Assembly: GCA_016721925.1 (NCBI GenBank)
Contig: JADKHE010000006.1
Location: 120,356-184,355, forward strand
Source of the DNA: Candidatus Skiveiella danica
GTDB taxonomy: Bacteria; Pseudomonadota; Gammaproteobacteria; Burkholderiales; Burkholderiaceae_C
Direction of reading: 5' to 3'
Length of the DNA stretch: 64,000 nt
Numbering within the stretch: the stretch's first letter is position 1; the number at the start of each line of letters is the position of its first letter. Of this stretch, positions 1-9,992 are shown in pieces. The position numbers and the translations under genes are program-made. The notes under the pieces were generated by a model. It saw only the letters and a list, made by a program, of their open reading frames with translations, was not told the DNA's origin and did not search any database.

Positions 1-1
1 A

Positions 2-253
2 CTTCTACGGAGGACCGCAGAAGCCCAGCGAGCAGAGACGGCATTCGATCTGGCGACCGGCCGTGCGGAAGCCATCAGGCGCCAACTCGACGAAGCGGGT
101 CTATACCAGCAGCGGCTCTGCAGCCAGTTGGCTGAGGCTCAGCGTGACCGCGACGAAGCACGGCAGCGACTCGAAATGACGTTGAACTCGCGCGCTTGGC
201 GCATCACCGCGCCCCTGCGCTGGCTCAGCCGCCTGCTGCGGAGTTTTCGCTGA
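2..253 (+). CDS. 3' end of an upstream gene: coiled-coil C-terminal tail of a polysaccharide-cluster protein (function not assignable)
   Basis: The frame is open from the window edge to TGA 251-253; it is absent from the ORF track because it has no start here. The translation ...AEAQRAETAFDLATGRAEAIRRQLDEAGLYQQRLCSQLAEAQRDRDEARQRLEMTLNSRAWRITAPLRWLSRLLRSFR is charged and heptad-like. From memory, an SRxWRxTAPLR-type ending is common at C-termini of glycosyl-/methyltransferases in O-antigen clusters. Confidence 0.4.
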   Translation, partial: LLRRTAEAQRAETAFDLATGRAEAIRRQLDEAGLYQQRLCSQLAEAQRDRDEARQRLEMTLNSRAWRITAPLRWLSRLLRSFR

Positions 254-1313
254 CGTAAAGCCGAGCATCCGGGGCGTCCGCAAATGCGGGGCCCAGCCGC
301 AGGTACAGAGGGCCTGCGCCCAGGCGCGCCATCAGTGGCGCAGGCAGCGCCACTGATGGCCCTTGACCCAGCTGTCCGATCGCAGGTACCAGCAACGGTG
401 ATGGACTGACCTCCAGCAACCAGCCGGCGTACCATTCGGAGGGCACCGCAATGGCCTCGGGCAGATGAGACAAGGCTTCGTATTGCAACGGCTGCGGGCG
501 CGCCGGCTGCGCGGTGCAACGAGACAACCGTTCTGCCCAGGCACCCTTTCCCTCAAAGTGCTGCTTCAAGTAGATTTCTTTGGATGCCTCCATCATTCCG
601 ATCTTGGCTGCTGAGTGACTCCATTCATGCAATGCGGTTGCACGAGGCACCAGCGCCAATGCCATACCCGCTCGTCGAAGGCGCAGGGACAAGTCGGAAT
701 CCTCGTAGTACATGAAATACGCGGGGTCGAACAGACCGCCTGCCGCCAACGCTGATGATCGACGCACCATCATGGCGCCGCCCGAAAGAGCCCGTTGTCG
801 TACCACTTCGCCTTGGGCCGTCCATGCCTGAAGCGCAAGGCGGCGGTAGGCGTGCGACAAGCGTATCGCCCACCGAGGCAGGCGCCAGGCCTGCTCGACG
901 CTCCACATTCCGATGCCCGTGGGCAACCAAGCGGGTGGCAACAGCCAGCGGCCTGATGGCTCCCACCACTGCGTGGGACTGACTGCGCCCAGCTCCGGAT
1001 GGGTATGGAGTGCCGCCGCCAGAATCGGGATGCAGCCTGGCATTGCCCGGGCGTCCGGGTTCAGCAACATCACCAGGTCGGTGTCGGTGGCGGCGAAACC
1101 GAGGTTGCAGGCAGCGCCAAAACCGGTGTTTCTTTTGTTGACCAGCAACTGCGCCCGGCCATCAAGAACAGTTTTCAGGAGTTCCGCTTCGGCGGGGCTT
1201 TCGCTGTTGTCCACCACAACGACATGGGCGCCTGGTGTATCCGTCAGCACGCTGTTGACGGCGCCCGCGGTCAGATCCGCGCAAAAAAAGTTGACGATGA
1301 TCGTGGCCACCAT
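225..1313 (-). CDS. family 2 glycosyltransferase (rhamnosyltransferase-like)
   Basis: 362-aa ORF with GT-A hallmarks VVVVDNSESP, NTGFGAACNLG, LLNPDA and YYEDSDLSLRLRRAG. Confidence 0.85.
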   Translation of the reverse strand: MVATIIVNFFCADLTAGAVNSVLTDTPGAHVVVVDNSESPAEAELLKTVLDGRAQLLVNKRNTGFGAACNLGFAATDTDLVMLLNPDARAMPGCIPILAAALHTHPELGAVSPTQWWEPSGRWLLPPAWLPTGIGMWSVEQAWRLPRWAIRLSHAYRRLALQAWTAQGEVVRQRALSGGAMMVRRSSALAAGGLFDPAYFMYYEDSDLSLRLRRAGMALALVPRATALHEWSHSAAKIGMMEASKEIYLKQHFEGKGAWAERLSRCTAQPARPQPLQYEALSHLPEAIAVPSEWYAGWLLEVSPSPLLVPAIGQLGQGPSVALPAPLMARLGAGPLYLRLGPAFADAPDARLYVSENSAAGG

Positions 1314-1320
1314 GGAGTGG

Positions 1321-2655
1321 TCATCCTGCGAAACGATCCTGAAGCCCCAAGATCAGCGCAGTCAGGCTCAAGCCAGCGAAAGCAGCCAGCAACAACCCGT
1401 CCATGCATTGCAGCCACAGCCCCCGTGTCCGTCCGAATCCCCCCAATGCATAAGCCGTCAGCAGGACAGGAACCACGAAATACCGGCCTTGCACCCCCGA
1501 AATAACCGAGGCGGGATGGGGAGTCCAGGTCACCAGCAATGCCAGGAAGACGAGTGAGGCCGAAGCAATTGCTATTGCCAGCAATACCGTGCGGGCCTGA
1601 ACATCTTCAACGCCCTTCCGCCAAGAGAGGGATGCCAGTGCACACAAGCAAAGGCCTACCCCCAGCCAAGGGTAAAAGAAGGGACGCAGCGGCGCGTCCA
1701 GCCAGCCCAGATTCCCGACAAAAGACCGGAAGTAGAAATCCCTCAAGTCCGCATTGAGGAGCGTGCGCCAGACGACGCGCACGTAATCCTGAGGAGACTT
1801 CAAATAATGGCGCAGCACTTCCACCGTCCCATGACTACGCACAACCCTCAGATCCGTTGTCGAAAGCAGGGCATACGCCACCCATCCCAATGATGCCAGC
1901 ACCAGTCCGATCCCCAGATAAAGATCGCGTCTATGCCGATGTTTCCAGAAGAGAAAAAAGGGCATCAGCAGCATTGGCAACAGATGCACCCTGCTACCGA
2001 CCACAATCAAAAGACTGGTCGCCAGGGTCCAAGAGGCCCATCTCGGCGTTACCCGCCCTCCACGCAGGACGGACAAGAAAATACTGATCGCGAGAAGCGC
2101 CAGACTGGTTGTAAGTCCATCCAGGCTGGGAGACAGAAGCTGAAACACGCTCATCGGAAGCAGCAACACCGCCAGCACCAATGGCGGCGGGCGGAGCAAT
2201 GAAAAACTCCAGGCGAGCAGGCCGAGGCAGGCAAGCAGTACGGCCATTCGCGCCAACCGGTAGGATCGGTCAACAGAGAGTCCCGCCCACTCACCGGCCC
2301 GCAAACCCACGGCATGGGGTAGATACGCCAGAGGCAGGTAATAGCCCGTTCCTGGAATTTCAAAGTAGACCCGACTTCGCTCGCCCTGCCATGGGGTGTT
2401 GTCTAGTTGGGCGCGCTCGCTGGCACTCAGGTGCCTGGCAGGATGTCCGGGGAGAGTCATGTAGCCATTGATGAAAGACACCAGTCCCCCATCCACCCAT
2501 CCACCCGAATTTCGGCTCGGCAGCGTCGACAATGTCAAGTCTCCGTGCGCCAAAAGGTACGCCCTTGCCACATGCTGGTTCTCGTCCGGTGACTGCATCG
2601 GTGGGATCTTCAGCGAAAGCAACCAACCAGCCAACGCAAGCAAAAGGCAGATCAA
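1321..2655 (-). CDS. polytopic membrane protein, DUF2142-like (GT-C-type glycan-modifying enzyme candidate)
   Basis: 444-aa ORF with many hydrophobic spans. The N-terminal SPDENQHVARAYLLAHG motif is typical of DUF2142. There is a 7-nt gap to the GT2 gene downstream. The true start may be an alternative codon. Confidence 0.65.
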   Translation of the reverse strand: MICLLLALAGWLLSLKIPPMQSPDENQHVARAYLLAHGDLTLSTLPSRNSGGWVDGGLVSFINGYMTLPGHPARHLSASERAQLDNTPWQGERSRVYFEIPGTGYYLPLAYLPHAVGLRAGEWAGLSVDRSYRLARMAVLLACLGLLAWSFSLLRPPPLVLAVLLLPMSVFQLLSPSLDGLTTSLALLAISIFLSVLRGGRVTPRWASWTLATSLLIVVGSRVHLLPMLLMPFFLFWKHRHRRDLYLGIGLVLASLGWVAYALLSTTDLRVVRSHGTVEVLRHYLKSPQDYVRVVWRTLLNADLRDFYFRSFVGNLGWLDAPLRPFFYPWLGVGLCLCALASLSWRKGVEDVQARTVLLAIAIASASLVFLALLVTWTPHPASVISGVQGRYFVVPVLLTAYALGGFGRTRGLWLQCMDGLLLAAFAGLSLTALILGLQDRFAG

Positions 2656-2700
2656 TAACCTGCCGCGGTTGATTCCGAAAGAACACAGACAGGCTGGATG

Positions 2701-3060
2701 TCATTCTGTGCCCACCGAAATCCAGATCCCCGCACCGATCAGTCCTGCACCCACGAAAGTTTGCCAGCGCAACGACTCACCCAAGAACCAGTGCCCCATG
2801 ATCGGGACCAGCACAAAGGCTATGGCCACGAACGGGTACGCCAGTCGCAGCGGTGCCTGGCGCAGGACGGCTATCCACAATGCGGTGGAAAGACCGTAAA
2901 CCACCAGCGCGCCCAGAAGGTACCCATTGCGAACAATCGACAACCAAAAAGGACCGACACCATTCATCGCCTCGGCTGCCAGCTTGAACAAGACTTGCCC
3001 AACCGAAAGTCCTATGACCGTCGTCAAGGTCAACAAAAAAAGGGGAAAACTCATATGCAA
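2701..3060 (-). CDS. small 4-TM DMT/SMR-like membrane protein (ArnE/ArnF-type polyprenyl-phosphate-sugar flippase candidate)
   Basis: 119-aa ORF with four hydrophobic helices and an EamA-like pattern (GQVLFKLAA ... LRLAYPFVAIAFVLVPIMGHWFLGESL ... GAGLIGAGIWI). It lies directly upstream of the DUF2142-like gene. Confidence 0.65.
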   Translation of the reverse strand: MHMSFPLFLLTLTTVIGLSVGQVLFKLAAEAMNGVGPFWLSIVRNGYLLGALVVYGLSTALWIAVLRQAPLRLAYPFVAIAFVLVPIMGHWFLGESLRWQTFVGAGLIGAGIWISVGTE

Positions 3061-3386
3061 CCCGGGGGCAATCCGGCCTGAGAATAGTGTTGTCTGGGGG
3101 GCAGTTGGCCGATCGCGAAGCGCGTGCCACTATTCAGAGGTGCGAAGCAACGAACTCAAACGCCCTGAACTGTTTGCCGCAACCTGTCGCTGGCGTTCAG
3201 GGTCGCGTGATTGTAAGACAGGATGTACGCATAATGGACGGCTTTTGACTACGGAAAAAAGGGGCGAAACCACCATGGGCTTTCTGGCGGACCTGACATA
3301 TTTCAGCAGCTACCGGTGGGCCACCATGCACGTCGACCGAAACTGAGCGGACAACAGCGGCCCTGAAAGGTCGTCTGTTTGTCGTC

Positions 3387-4460
3387 ATGGCGCCGACCAA
3401 TGGAGCGCCCGTAGGTCAGGATCAAACAACAATGGAAAGCCAGCTCGATCGGCGCACCAACAATTTTGACCTGTTGCGATTGGTTGCGGCCTGGTTCGTG
3501 TTGTTCAGCCACTGCTATCCTCTTACCGGGCAGCCGGTGCTTGATCCCTTTGCACGCTACACAGGCATTGACACGCTTGGCGGGATTGGTGTGTCGATAT
3601 TCTTTGTCCTGAGTGGATATCTGGTGACGAATTCGCTGGAACGTTCATCCAGTGTGTTTTCTTTCGCAAAAAAGAGGGTGTTCCGGATATTCCCCGCGCT
3701 TGCCGTTGTGACGGTTTATTGTGCCTTTTGGCTTGGACCCATCATCACGACGCTGCCACTCGAGACCTATCTCAAGCACCCGCAAACATTTGCCTACCTC
3801 TGGAACATATCCGCATGGAAAATTCAATATGCCCTACCCGGAGTGTTCGCGACGAATCCGTTGCCAGGCGTCGTCAATGGCTCACTTTGGTCTTTGCCTT
3901 ACGAGATTAATTGTTATCTCGCGCTGACCGCTTTGTGGGTGTTGCCGATTCCCCGTCGCGTCGCGGTCACCGGCGCGGTCATTGTTCTTGGGTTCATCCT
4001 TTACTCGATGCCCCCGATACCGCCTGCAAATTCTCATGAAAAATACCTTAGTTTAAATGCAGTCAAACTAGGGTTGTTTTTTTTCGTAGGTGCTTGGTTT
4101 GGCATGTGGCGCACTAAAGTAAGACCAACGTTGTGGCTTGGTGCCATGCTGGTTGGGGTGTCACTTGCAATAAGCCCTTCCAATGTGCAAACGGCCGTGT
4201 TTGTCTTTGGCTTTGCAGTATTTGTCCTAGCTCTGGGAGGCAGGCCAGGCTTGTTGCCAAGGCTGCCAGAAAAGATGGGCGATTGGTCATACGGTTTGTT
4301 TCTGTATGGGTTTCCCGTGCAGCAGGTGCTCGCGATGTTCGGGCTGGCAAACGCTGGCATAGCCGTGTTTGCAATGGCCAGTACAGCGATCAGTTTGGCG
4401 TTCGCTGGACTGTCGTGGTTTTGGGTGGAGAAGCCTGCGCTTGCGCGGTCAGGCCGCTAA
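3387..4460 (+). CDS. acyltransferase family 3 membrane protein (O-acetyltransferase of surface glycan, OafA-like)
   Basis: 357-aa ORF with the acyltransferase_3 N-terminal signature NNFDLLRLVAAWFVLFSHCYPLTG and about 10 hydrophobic spans. G+C is visibly lower than in neighbouring genes. An alternative start is the ATG at 3432 (MESQLD). Confidence 0.85.
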   Translation: MAPTNGAPVGQDQTTMESQLDRRTNNFDLLRLVAAWFVLFSHCYPLTGQPVLDPFARYTGIDTLGGIGVSIFFVLSGYLVTNSLERSSSVFSFAKKRVFRIFPALAVVTVYCAFWLGPIITTLPLETYLKHPQTFAYLWNISAWKIQYALPGVFATNPLPGVVNGSLWSLPYEINCYLALTALWVLPIPRRVAVTGAVIVLGFILYSMPPIPPANSHEKYLSLNAVKLGLFFFVGAWFGMWRTKVRPTLWLGAMLVGVSLAISPSNVQTAVFVFGFAVFVLALGGRPGLLPRLPEKMGDWSYGLFLYGFPVQQVLAMFGLANAGIAVFAMASTAISLAFAGLSWFWVEKPALARSGR

Positions 4461-4527
4461 CAACCGGACTTCTGTTTCGCTCAACCGAGAAGGCGTGGCT
4501 TTGAGTCTGGCCAGGGTCAAGCAAAGC

Positions 4528-4540
4528 CTGAATCCGTGAC
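4528..4540. repeat. terminal inverted repeat (left as drawn) of the IS1380-family element
   Basis: CTGAATCCGTGAC is the exact reverse complement of 5834-5846. Confidence 0.75.
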
Positions 4541-4766
4541 CTCAAATTTCAGCGACCCGATTTGAACCTGAATTTACCGAATATCCGAGCAAAATCCTGT
4601 GAAACTGCCGAGCCAAGCCCTTGCGCCACCCTTGCGGACTTGCTCGCGGGGATTTTGGACTGGGTTTGTGTTGGTACCGGCCCCTACCGCCCAAGGCTGC
4701 GCCAGCCCGAGGCTTGCGGACAGTGCAGATTTCAGGCTGTGGAATTTCGATGCTTGGACGGCGCCG

Positions 4767-5763
4767 CTACGCAGCCCTGAGCTGGCCATAGTGCCGCTCA
4801 AACACCGCAAAGCCACTGTCTGCCTCACCCAGACCCAGAATCCAGCGCCCGGCATGCCGGATCATCCGGCCCGCCTTGAACATCATCTCCTGCATCACCG
4901 TCTTGATGCGCCGGCGCTTGGCCGTGTGGCGCATCGGCGCATCCGGCTCGTTGAGCGTGTTCTGGCCGATCAAGCGCAACAAGTTCATCGCCTCCACCGG
5001 CGCGCGGCGCGGGTTCCACTTGATGATGAAGGCGATCTCGCGCGACAACGCACTGCGCCTGCGCCGCGATCTCCTGCATCAGGCGCGTGCTGCAAAAGCC
5101 GGAATCGGCACGCACCAGCAAAGGGCCTGAGACCAGACCGGCGGCCATGGGCAAGGCACGCTCAAAGTTGTACTCGCTCAAAAGCGCCGAATGCTGCACA
5201 CCGGGGCGCGGGGCCAACTCCAGGCAGTAACCCAGACTGCCGAGATACACCGCAAACGGACAGTAGCCATCGACTCCGGCGTAGGTGCGCCCCACCAGTT
5301 CCTTGGCCGTACCGCTGTTGTCCATGGCAAAGTTGTCCAGGTCAACCGGGGTGTAGCCACAGGGCAGAGCGCCAAACTCAATGGACTTGCCTGCGATGCG
5401 GCTGCCCAGCAGCCCCAGGTTGATTTGAGCGGCAAGATCAAACCAGGAAGAGGCGTTGGCGTCCAGCCGCTGGCGCAGGGTGGGGCTGGACGGCACGGCG
5501 CGCAGGCCGAGCGCGCGCATGAAGAATTTGTTGTCCCGAAAGTTCTCGATGGCGTCGAAGTCGTTCTTGCCCAGACACAGCAGCCCGATATAGCTCTTGA
5601 GCAGGTCGCTGTTGGCAACGCCAGAGCGAACCGGGAAGGCGGGATCAATCAAGGCGGGGGCGTTGATTCGCTTGAGGTATTTGCCAACGAGTGCCAGACC
5701 GGCGTGGGAGCTGAGGTTGTAGGGCAGTTTCTTGATAATGAAGTCGGTCATGGACGGGCTCAC
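4767..5763 (-). pseudogene. IS1380-family DDE transposase, frameshifted/internally deleted
   Basis: The N-terminal part (MTDFIIKKLPYNLSSHAGLALVGKYL...DAIENFRDNKFF...) is in ORF 4825..5763, whose last ~75 codons look out of frame. The C-terminal part (IIKWNPRRAPVEAMNLLRLIGQNTLNEPDAP...MMFKAGRMIRHAGRWILGL) is in ORF 4767..5048, in another frame. The combined length is well short of a full IS1380 transposase. Confidence 0.75.
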
Positions 5764-5833
5764 CTTCAGGGTTCCCGTATTCTACACCTAAGTCATTGAT
5801 TTTATTGAAGAAAATGGAAATATTTTGGCTGAA

Positions 5834-5846
5834 GTCACGGATTCAG
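5834..5846. repeat. terminal inverted repeat (right as drawn) of the IS1380-family element
   Basis: GTCACGGATTCAG lies 83 bp upstream of the transposase ATG at 5763. Confidence 0.75.
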
Positions 5847-5883
5847 ATATTATATTAGACTTTTAGGGGGTTCTCTATGAATT

Positions 5884-6368
5884 ACTTTACACCTTATCAG
5901 CGAAGGCCCCACCCGTGTACGTACCTGGGCACCCAAGGGTCAAACACCCATCATCCAATTTCACTTCAACTGGCATCACATCTCTGTCATCGCGGGCCTC
6001 ACGCCAACCAATTGCTTGTTCCGGCGTCACGAAGGCAGCATCAAGAAGGAAGAGCTTGTCGAATTCCTCAAGGCGCTCAAGGCTCATCTGAAACAGCCCC
6101 TGTTGGTGATATGGGATGGCGCCAGGTCGCACCACAGCGACTACGTGGACAGCCTGGACGGGCATATTCAAATTGCCTATCTGCCACCCTACGCCCCGAC
6201 CTCAATCCGGTGGAATACCTGTGGGCTAGGCCCAAGCGTCATGCCATGGCCAACTACTGCCCGGACAACCTGAGCGAGTTGCAAACGACCGCACGCAACA
6301 AGCTCAAGAGTGCGCAGAAGCGACCCACGATCATCGCCGCTTGCTGGGCGCAGGCTAATCTTTGGTGA
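5884..6368 (+). pseudogene. IS630-family (DDE_3) transposase, C-terminal fragment with one frameshift
   Basis: Frame 1 reads ...RVRTWAPKGQTPIIQFHFNWHHISVIAGL...KKEELVEFLKALKAHLKQPLLVIWDGARSHHS...IQIAYLPPYAP. Near 6200 the frame changes and continues LNPVEYLWARPKRHAMANYCPDNLSELQTTARNKLKSAQKRP. The N-terminal half is missing and the fragment abuts the IS1380 end. Confidence 0.7.
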
Positions 6369-6434
6369 TGTCATGAATTACGAAAAGATCAATAGAACCC
6401 CACGAGGTGAAGCCTTTTTCAGAGATATCACCGT

Positions 6435-7390
6435 ATGAATTCACAACCACCCCGTATCCAACTCCTGATTCCCGTCTATAACGAAGCGCGGGTCATAGAG
6501 GAGAATCTGCGGAAAATCGTCGCTATTGCTGCGGCCATTGAACCCGATTGCAGGCTCACCATCCTGATCGTCGATGACGGATCAAAGGATGGCACGCCGG
6601 ATGCCTTGGTGCGTTTTTGTCAGACCGAGTCGCGTGCCCGATGGATTGGTTTTACGCGCAATTTCGGCAGGAGGCTGCCGTCAAGCCGGCCTTGAGAATT
6701 CGGATGCGGATGCGGTCATCATCCTCGACAGCGACCTTCAGCACCCCCCGGAGCTGATCCCGCAAATGATTCAACTCTGGCGTAGCAGCGCCAAGGTTGT
6801 CGAGGCGTACAAAACGCATCGCGGGCAGGAAAAATTCAGCAGCAAACTTTTTTCCTCCGGCTTTTACGCACTCTTTCATATGCTTACCGGCCTCGACCTG
6901 CGCGGACAATCCGACTACAAGCTCCTCGACCGAATCGTCGTCGATGAATTATTGAAATTGCACGAGCGTGGCCGTTTCTTCCGCGGCCTCATTCAGTGGA
7001 TGAGTTATCCAACCGCCCGCATTCCTTTCGTGGTTCCGTAAAGGGCCGGTGGCAACAGCAGCTGGAACCAGCTCAAACTTATACGCTATGCCTTGCACAA
7101 CATCCACCTCCTTTTCGGCCATTCCGCTGCACTTGGTATCCTGGTGCGGGTTGTTTACCTTGGTGATCAGCGTGCTTTTTGGCGGGGTTGCACTGTTCCA
7201 GAAATGGAAAGGTCAAGCTGCCGACGGGTTTACCACGGTCATCTTGCTACAGATTTTTTTCAGCGGTGCCTTGATGCTCAGCCTCGGGGTCATTGGCCAC
7301 TACCTTGGCCGCATCCATGAAGAATTGAAACGCCGCCCAGCGTACGTTCTGCGCCCAGACTCGCATTCGACGCTAGGCGGTCACCCATGA
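6435..7390 (+). pseudogene. GT2 polyprenyl-phosphate glycosyltransferase (GtrB/ArnC-like), multiply disrupted
   Basis: Motifs LLIPVYNEA, ILIVDDGSKDGT, FTRNFG, AVIILDSDLQHPPELI and a C-terminal 2-TM region are spread over three frames. Two 1-nt deletions lie at about 6668-6690 inside the NFGKEAAVKAGL motif. There is an in-frame TAA at 7039-7041 (FVVP*RAGGNSSWNQLKLIRYALHNI) and a further shift near 7105. Confidence 0.8.
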
Positions 7391-7723
7391 AAGCGGCCTA
7401 CTGGGTTGTCATCGCCGTTTTTTGCAACGTTGGTGCTCAAGTCGCCCTGAAAATGGGTGCCACCACCGAGCTGGGTCGCTGGCAGACTTGGCTGTCGCCG
7501 GCCATCATCATCGGGCTTGGCCTCTATGGCCTGAGCTTTATCCTGACTATCGGGATTTATGCAATACCCGCTGAGCGTCATTTCGCCGCTCATGGCGGGT
7601 GCCATTTTCATGCTGATCACCTTGGCCTCTGCGCTTCTTTTCGCCGAACCGCTGACACTTCAGAAAGTCGGTGGCATTGCGCTGATCGTCTCGGGTATTG
7701 CTCTCTTGTCGCAGATCGATTAA
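7387..7723 (+). pseudogene. small DMT/SMR-like membrane protein (flippase candidate of the gtr-like cassette), frameshifted
   Basis: The N-terminal part MKAAYWVVIAVFCNVGAQVALKMG...GLYGLSFILTIGIY is in the frame of ORF 7387. From about 7560 the convincing continuation YPLSVISPLMAGAIFMLITLASALLFAEPLTLQKVGGIALIVSGIALLSQID* is in another frame and ends at TAA 7721-7723. The ATGA start overlaps the upstream gene. Confidence 0.6.
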
Positions 7724-7863
7724 AACGGTCATTTCACCAGTTTTCCGGCCAAGAGTTTCGCGTGCGTATCCCTTTCTGCGGCAGGTCGGCACGCGCTTTT
7801 CAGCGCGGTAGAGGATTTTTCCGTCACGCATGGCCCAACACTGTTGACGCCGACATCAGTTAA

Positions 7864-9326
7864 TCACGACGACGACAACTCCATCCTGAATGAAGACAGA
7901 ACCTTATGTGGCCAGTGCGCAAATCCTTTATCAGGCGTAGTCAGTTTTGTTTTATCGAAACCTATGACTGGCGCAAAGCGGGGGTCAATATGCCTGAATA
8001 TCCATTCACGCGACCAGTCCGCAGCTCTAGCTGTATTTGGAACGCCGCGGGGCGCTGTTGAAACTCCCTTGTTATAGATCACGACAAGGGGTATCGGTCC
8101 TTCTATCGGGATGTCGCTATTGATTACGACTTCATCGATGCGCGAAATTATTCTGTTGGTGGCGAAGAAGTCATTACGCGACGACAGGTACTCGTCAAAC
8201 GCAGAGTTGGAAATCTGAACCGCGGTAAAGAAAAGGAAGGCAGAGGCCATTGCCACGCTGAACATTGAAAAAGCGAAGGACTTGCGATTTTCTGTGCGGT
8301 CCAGTGCCATTTCCATTGGCAGGGCGATAAAGATGGCATGAACTGCAGCGTATGCGATCAGCGCTCGCGGCCCAAATTGATCGACGGAGACCGAAACGAA
8401 GGCCAAGCAGAATGGAGTAAGCAGCAGGACACCACACAGTGCCGCGCAGAGTATCAAAGTTGATCGTCTTTTCTGTTGAACGAAGAGAAATGCCCCCAGA
8501 ACGAAGGACGCCATGAACGCCCATACCCCTGCTTTTATCAGCGGACTGTAATAGGGCAGGTCTTTCCTGACGGCAGCCCGTGGCCAATGAAGATTGCGAC
8601 GAGTTCCCGGTGGTTTAAGAGCAGCGATGAGAATGAAATCCCCGAACGATTGGAAAGCGGGATGCCGCTGACGGCAGGGGAAAGTTGCGTCAAAACATAA
8701 TACAAAATGAGGCTTGCCAGCATTCCGATTATCCCGATAAGAAGCTTCTTAGTGGCTTCACGATACATCCCGGATAAGACGAGGTAGATTGATGCACCGA
8801 CCAAAACTGTAGCGGCAACTTGGATGCTCGGCTGAAATAGGGATGGAGCGATACTAAATAGAGAAATTCCAACAAACCACCGGCCTTTGAGGATGAAATA
8901 AAGGCCGCCGATGGCGCAGAGGTTGGCCAAGGAGTAGGCGAAGCGGGAGCTGTCAAACGAGAGGTAGCTTGCATAATATAAAGATACGATCGATACCAGA
9001 ATGTAAACGGAGACCGATGCGGCACGTTTAATACCAATAATTTGCGCGGATAGCAAGGCTGCAAACGCGAGCGTGATGATTCCAGCCAAAAATGCGAATA
9101 CACCCGATGGATTGGTATCGAAAATAACCTTCTGAATAAAATACAAACCCCAGCGCCCCGATGCCAGATAGGGGTAATAGTCCTGCGCCGCGGGTTGTGC
9201 CTGTATGAGGTCGTCCGCGTTGTATGCGGGCATGACAGCCATGGTGCTGTAAGCCAAAAAGCTGGCAAACAAACAGAAAAAGAAATGTCCCGATGTGAAC
9301 CGCTGGCGAAAGATGTTGATGGTCAT
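7864..9326 (-). pseudogene. large polytopic membrane glycosyltransferase candidate (GtrII / serotype-specific GT-C-like), split by a frameshift
   Basis: From MTINIFRQRF (ATG 9326) the protein has about 9 TM helices and runs to the stop at 8538. The second piece (8514..7864) has more TM helices plus a soluble C-terminal domain and is in a different frame. G+C is visibly lower than the surroundings. The family assignment is from memory and tentative. Confidence 0.4.
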
Positions 9327-9464
9327 GAGGTACGATTTACCCGTGGCGGGCGTTGACAACCCAGGCGGCAATGCCCTCGCTCTCCAGCGGCTTTTCAGTG
9401 CTTGTGACCCCAGAGTAAAAACCCATCCCGGCCTTCCACCACCAGCGACAATGGTTCTCAGAAG

Positions 9465-9924
9465 TTTCCTTTTGCTCCATTGTCTTCGAAAAAATAGTCC
9501 GCCAGCGACCAGAAGCGGCGGGAGAATGAGCAGCAAGAGCAGCCAGCGATTTGGGCTCGAATAGCCTTCAACCTCATAGAAAGAGACCCAGGCCGGCGAC
9601 TTGTGAACAGGCAGGGTCGCTGCTGGTTTGAATTTCAAACGAGACCGGTCCATTCGGTGTCATATTCGGAAACAAGACCACCCTGCCCAAAGCGATCGGT
9701 TGGGCGAGCGAAATCATGAATGAGCCCGGAGCACCTCCCCCCAGGTTCCTGTTGGTCTTCATGTCTCCGTCAGTGATGGCGCCAGGCGGGCCAAATTGCG
9801 CCTGGGTACACGACGCGCAGGTGTCGGTCACGGTAGCGCCGAGCAGCAGATTCTGCGCGCTGGCGACCGAGACGCCGAGTGTGGTGATGCAAACAAAGAC
9901 CAGCCGCAAGAGTGCCCGATTCAT
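9465..9924 (-). pseudogene. small secreted discoidin/galactose-binding-like domain protein with C-terminal TM anchor, frameshifted
   Basis: A signal peptide MNRALLRLVFVCITTLGVSVASAQ is followed by ...GAITDGDMKTNRNLGGG...ISLAQPIALGRVVLFPNMTPNGPVSFEIQTSSD. After a frame change near 9590-9650 it continues LPVHKSPAWVSFYEVEGYSSP, then WLLLLLILPPLLVAGGLFFRRQWSKRK. The 3' end is undefined because no stop occurs before the next gene in that frame. Confidence 0.3.
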
Positions 9925-9992
9925 GGGTTGGGTATTGAAACGCAATCTGGGGATAGTGTAGTGGTTCAAAATGCTGCTTTGAAAACTTGGGA

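Larger units (their letters stand above)
4528..5846 (-). mobile_element. IS1380-family insertion sequence, internally deleted (about 1.3 kb between intact terminal inverted repeats)
   Basis: A perfect 13-bp inverted repeat, CTGAATCCGTGAC at 4528-4540 and GTCACGGATTCAG at 5834-5846, brackets a broken IS1380-type transposase gene. Confidence 0.75.

Noticed and set aside
9465-9560. PEP-CTERM / exosortase sorting signal at the end of the small secreted protein
   Set aside because: A hydrophobic helix plus an RRxxxKRK cluster is present, but the defining P-E-P motif is absent (the sequence reads SSPNRW). No exosortase gene is in the window.
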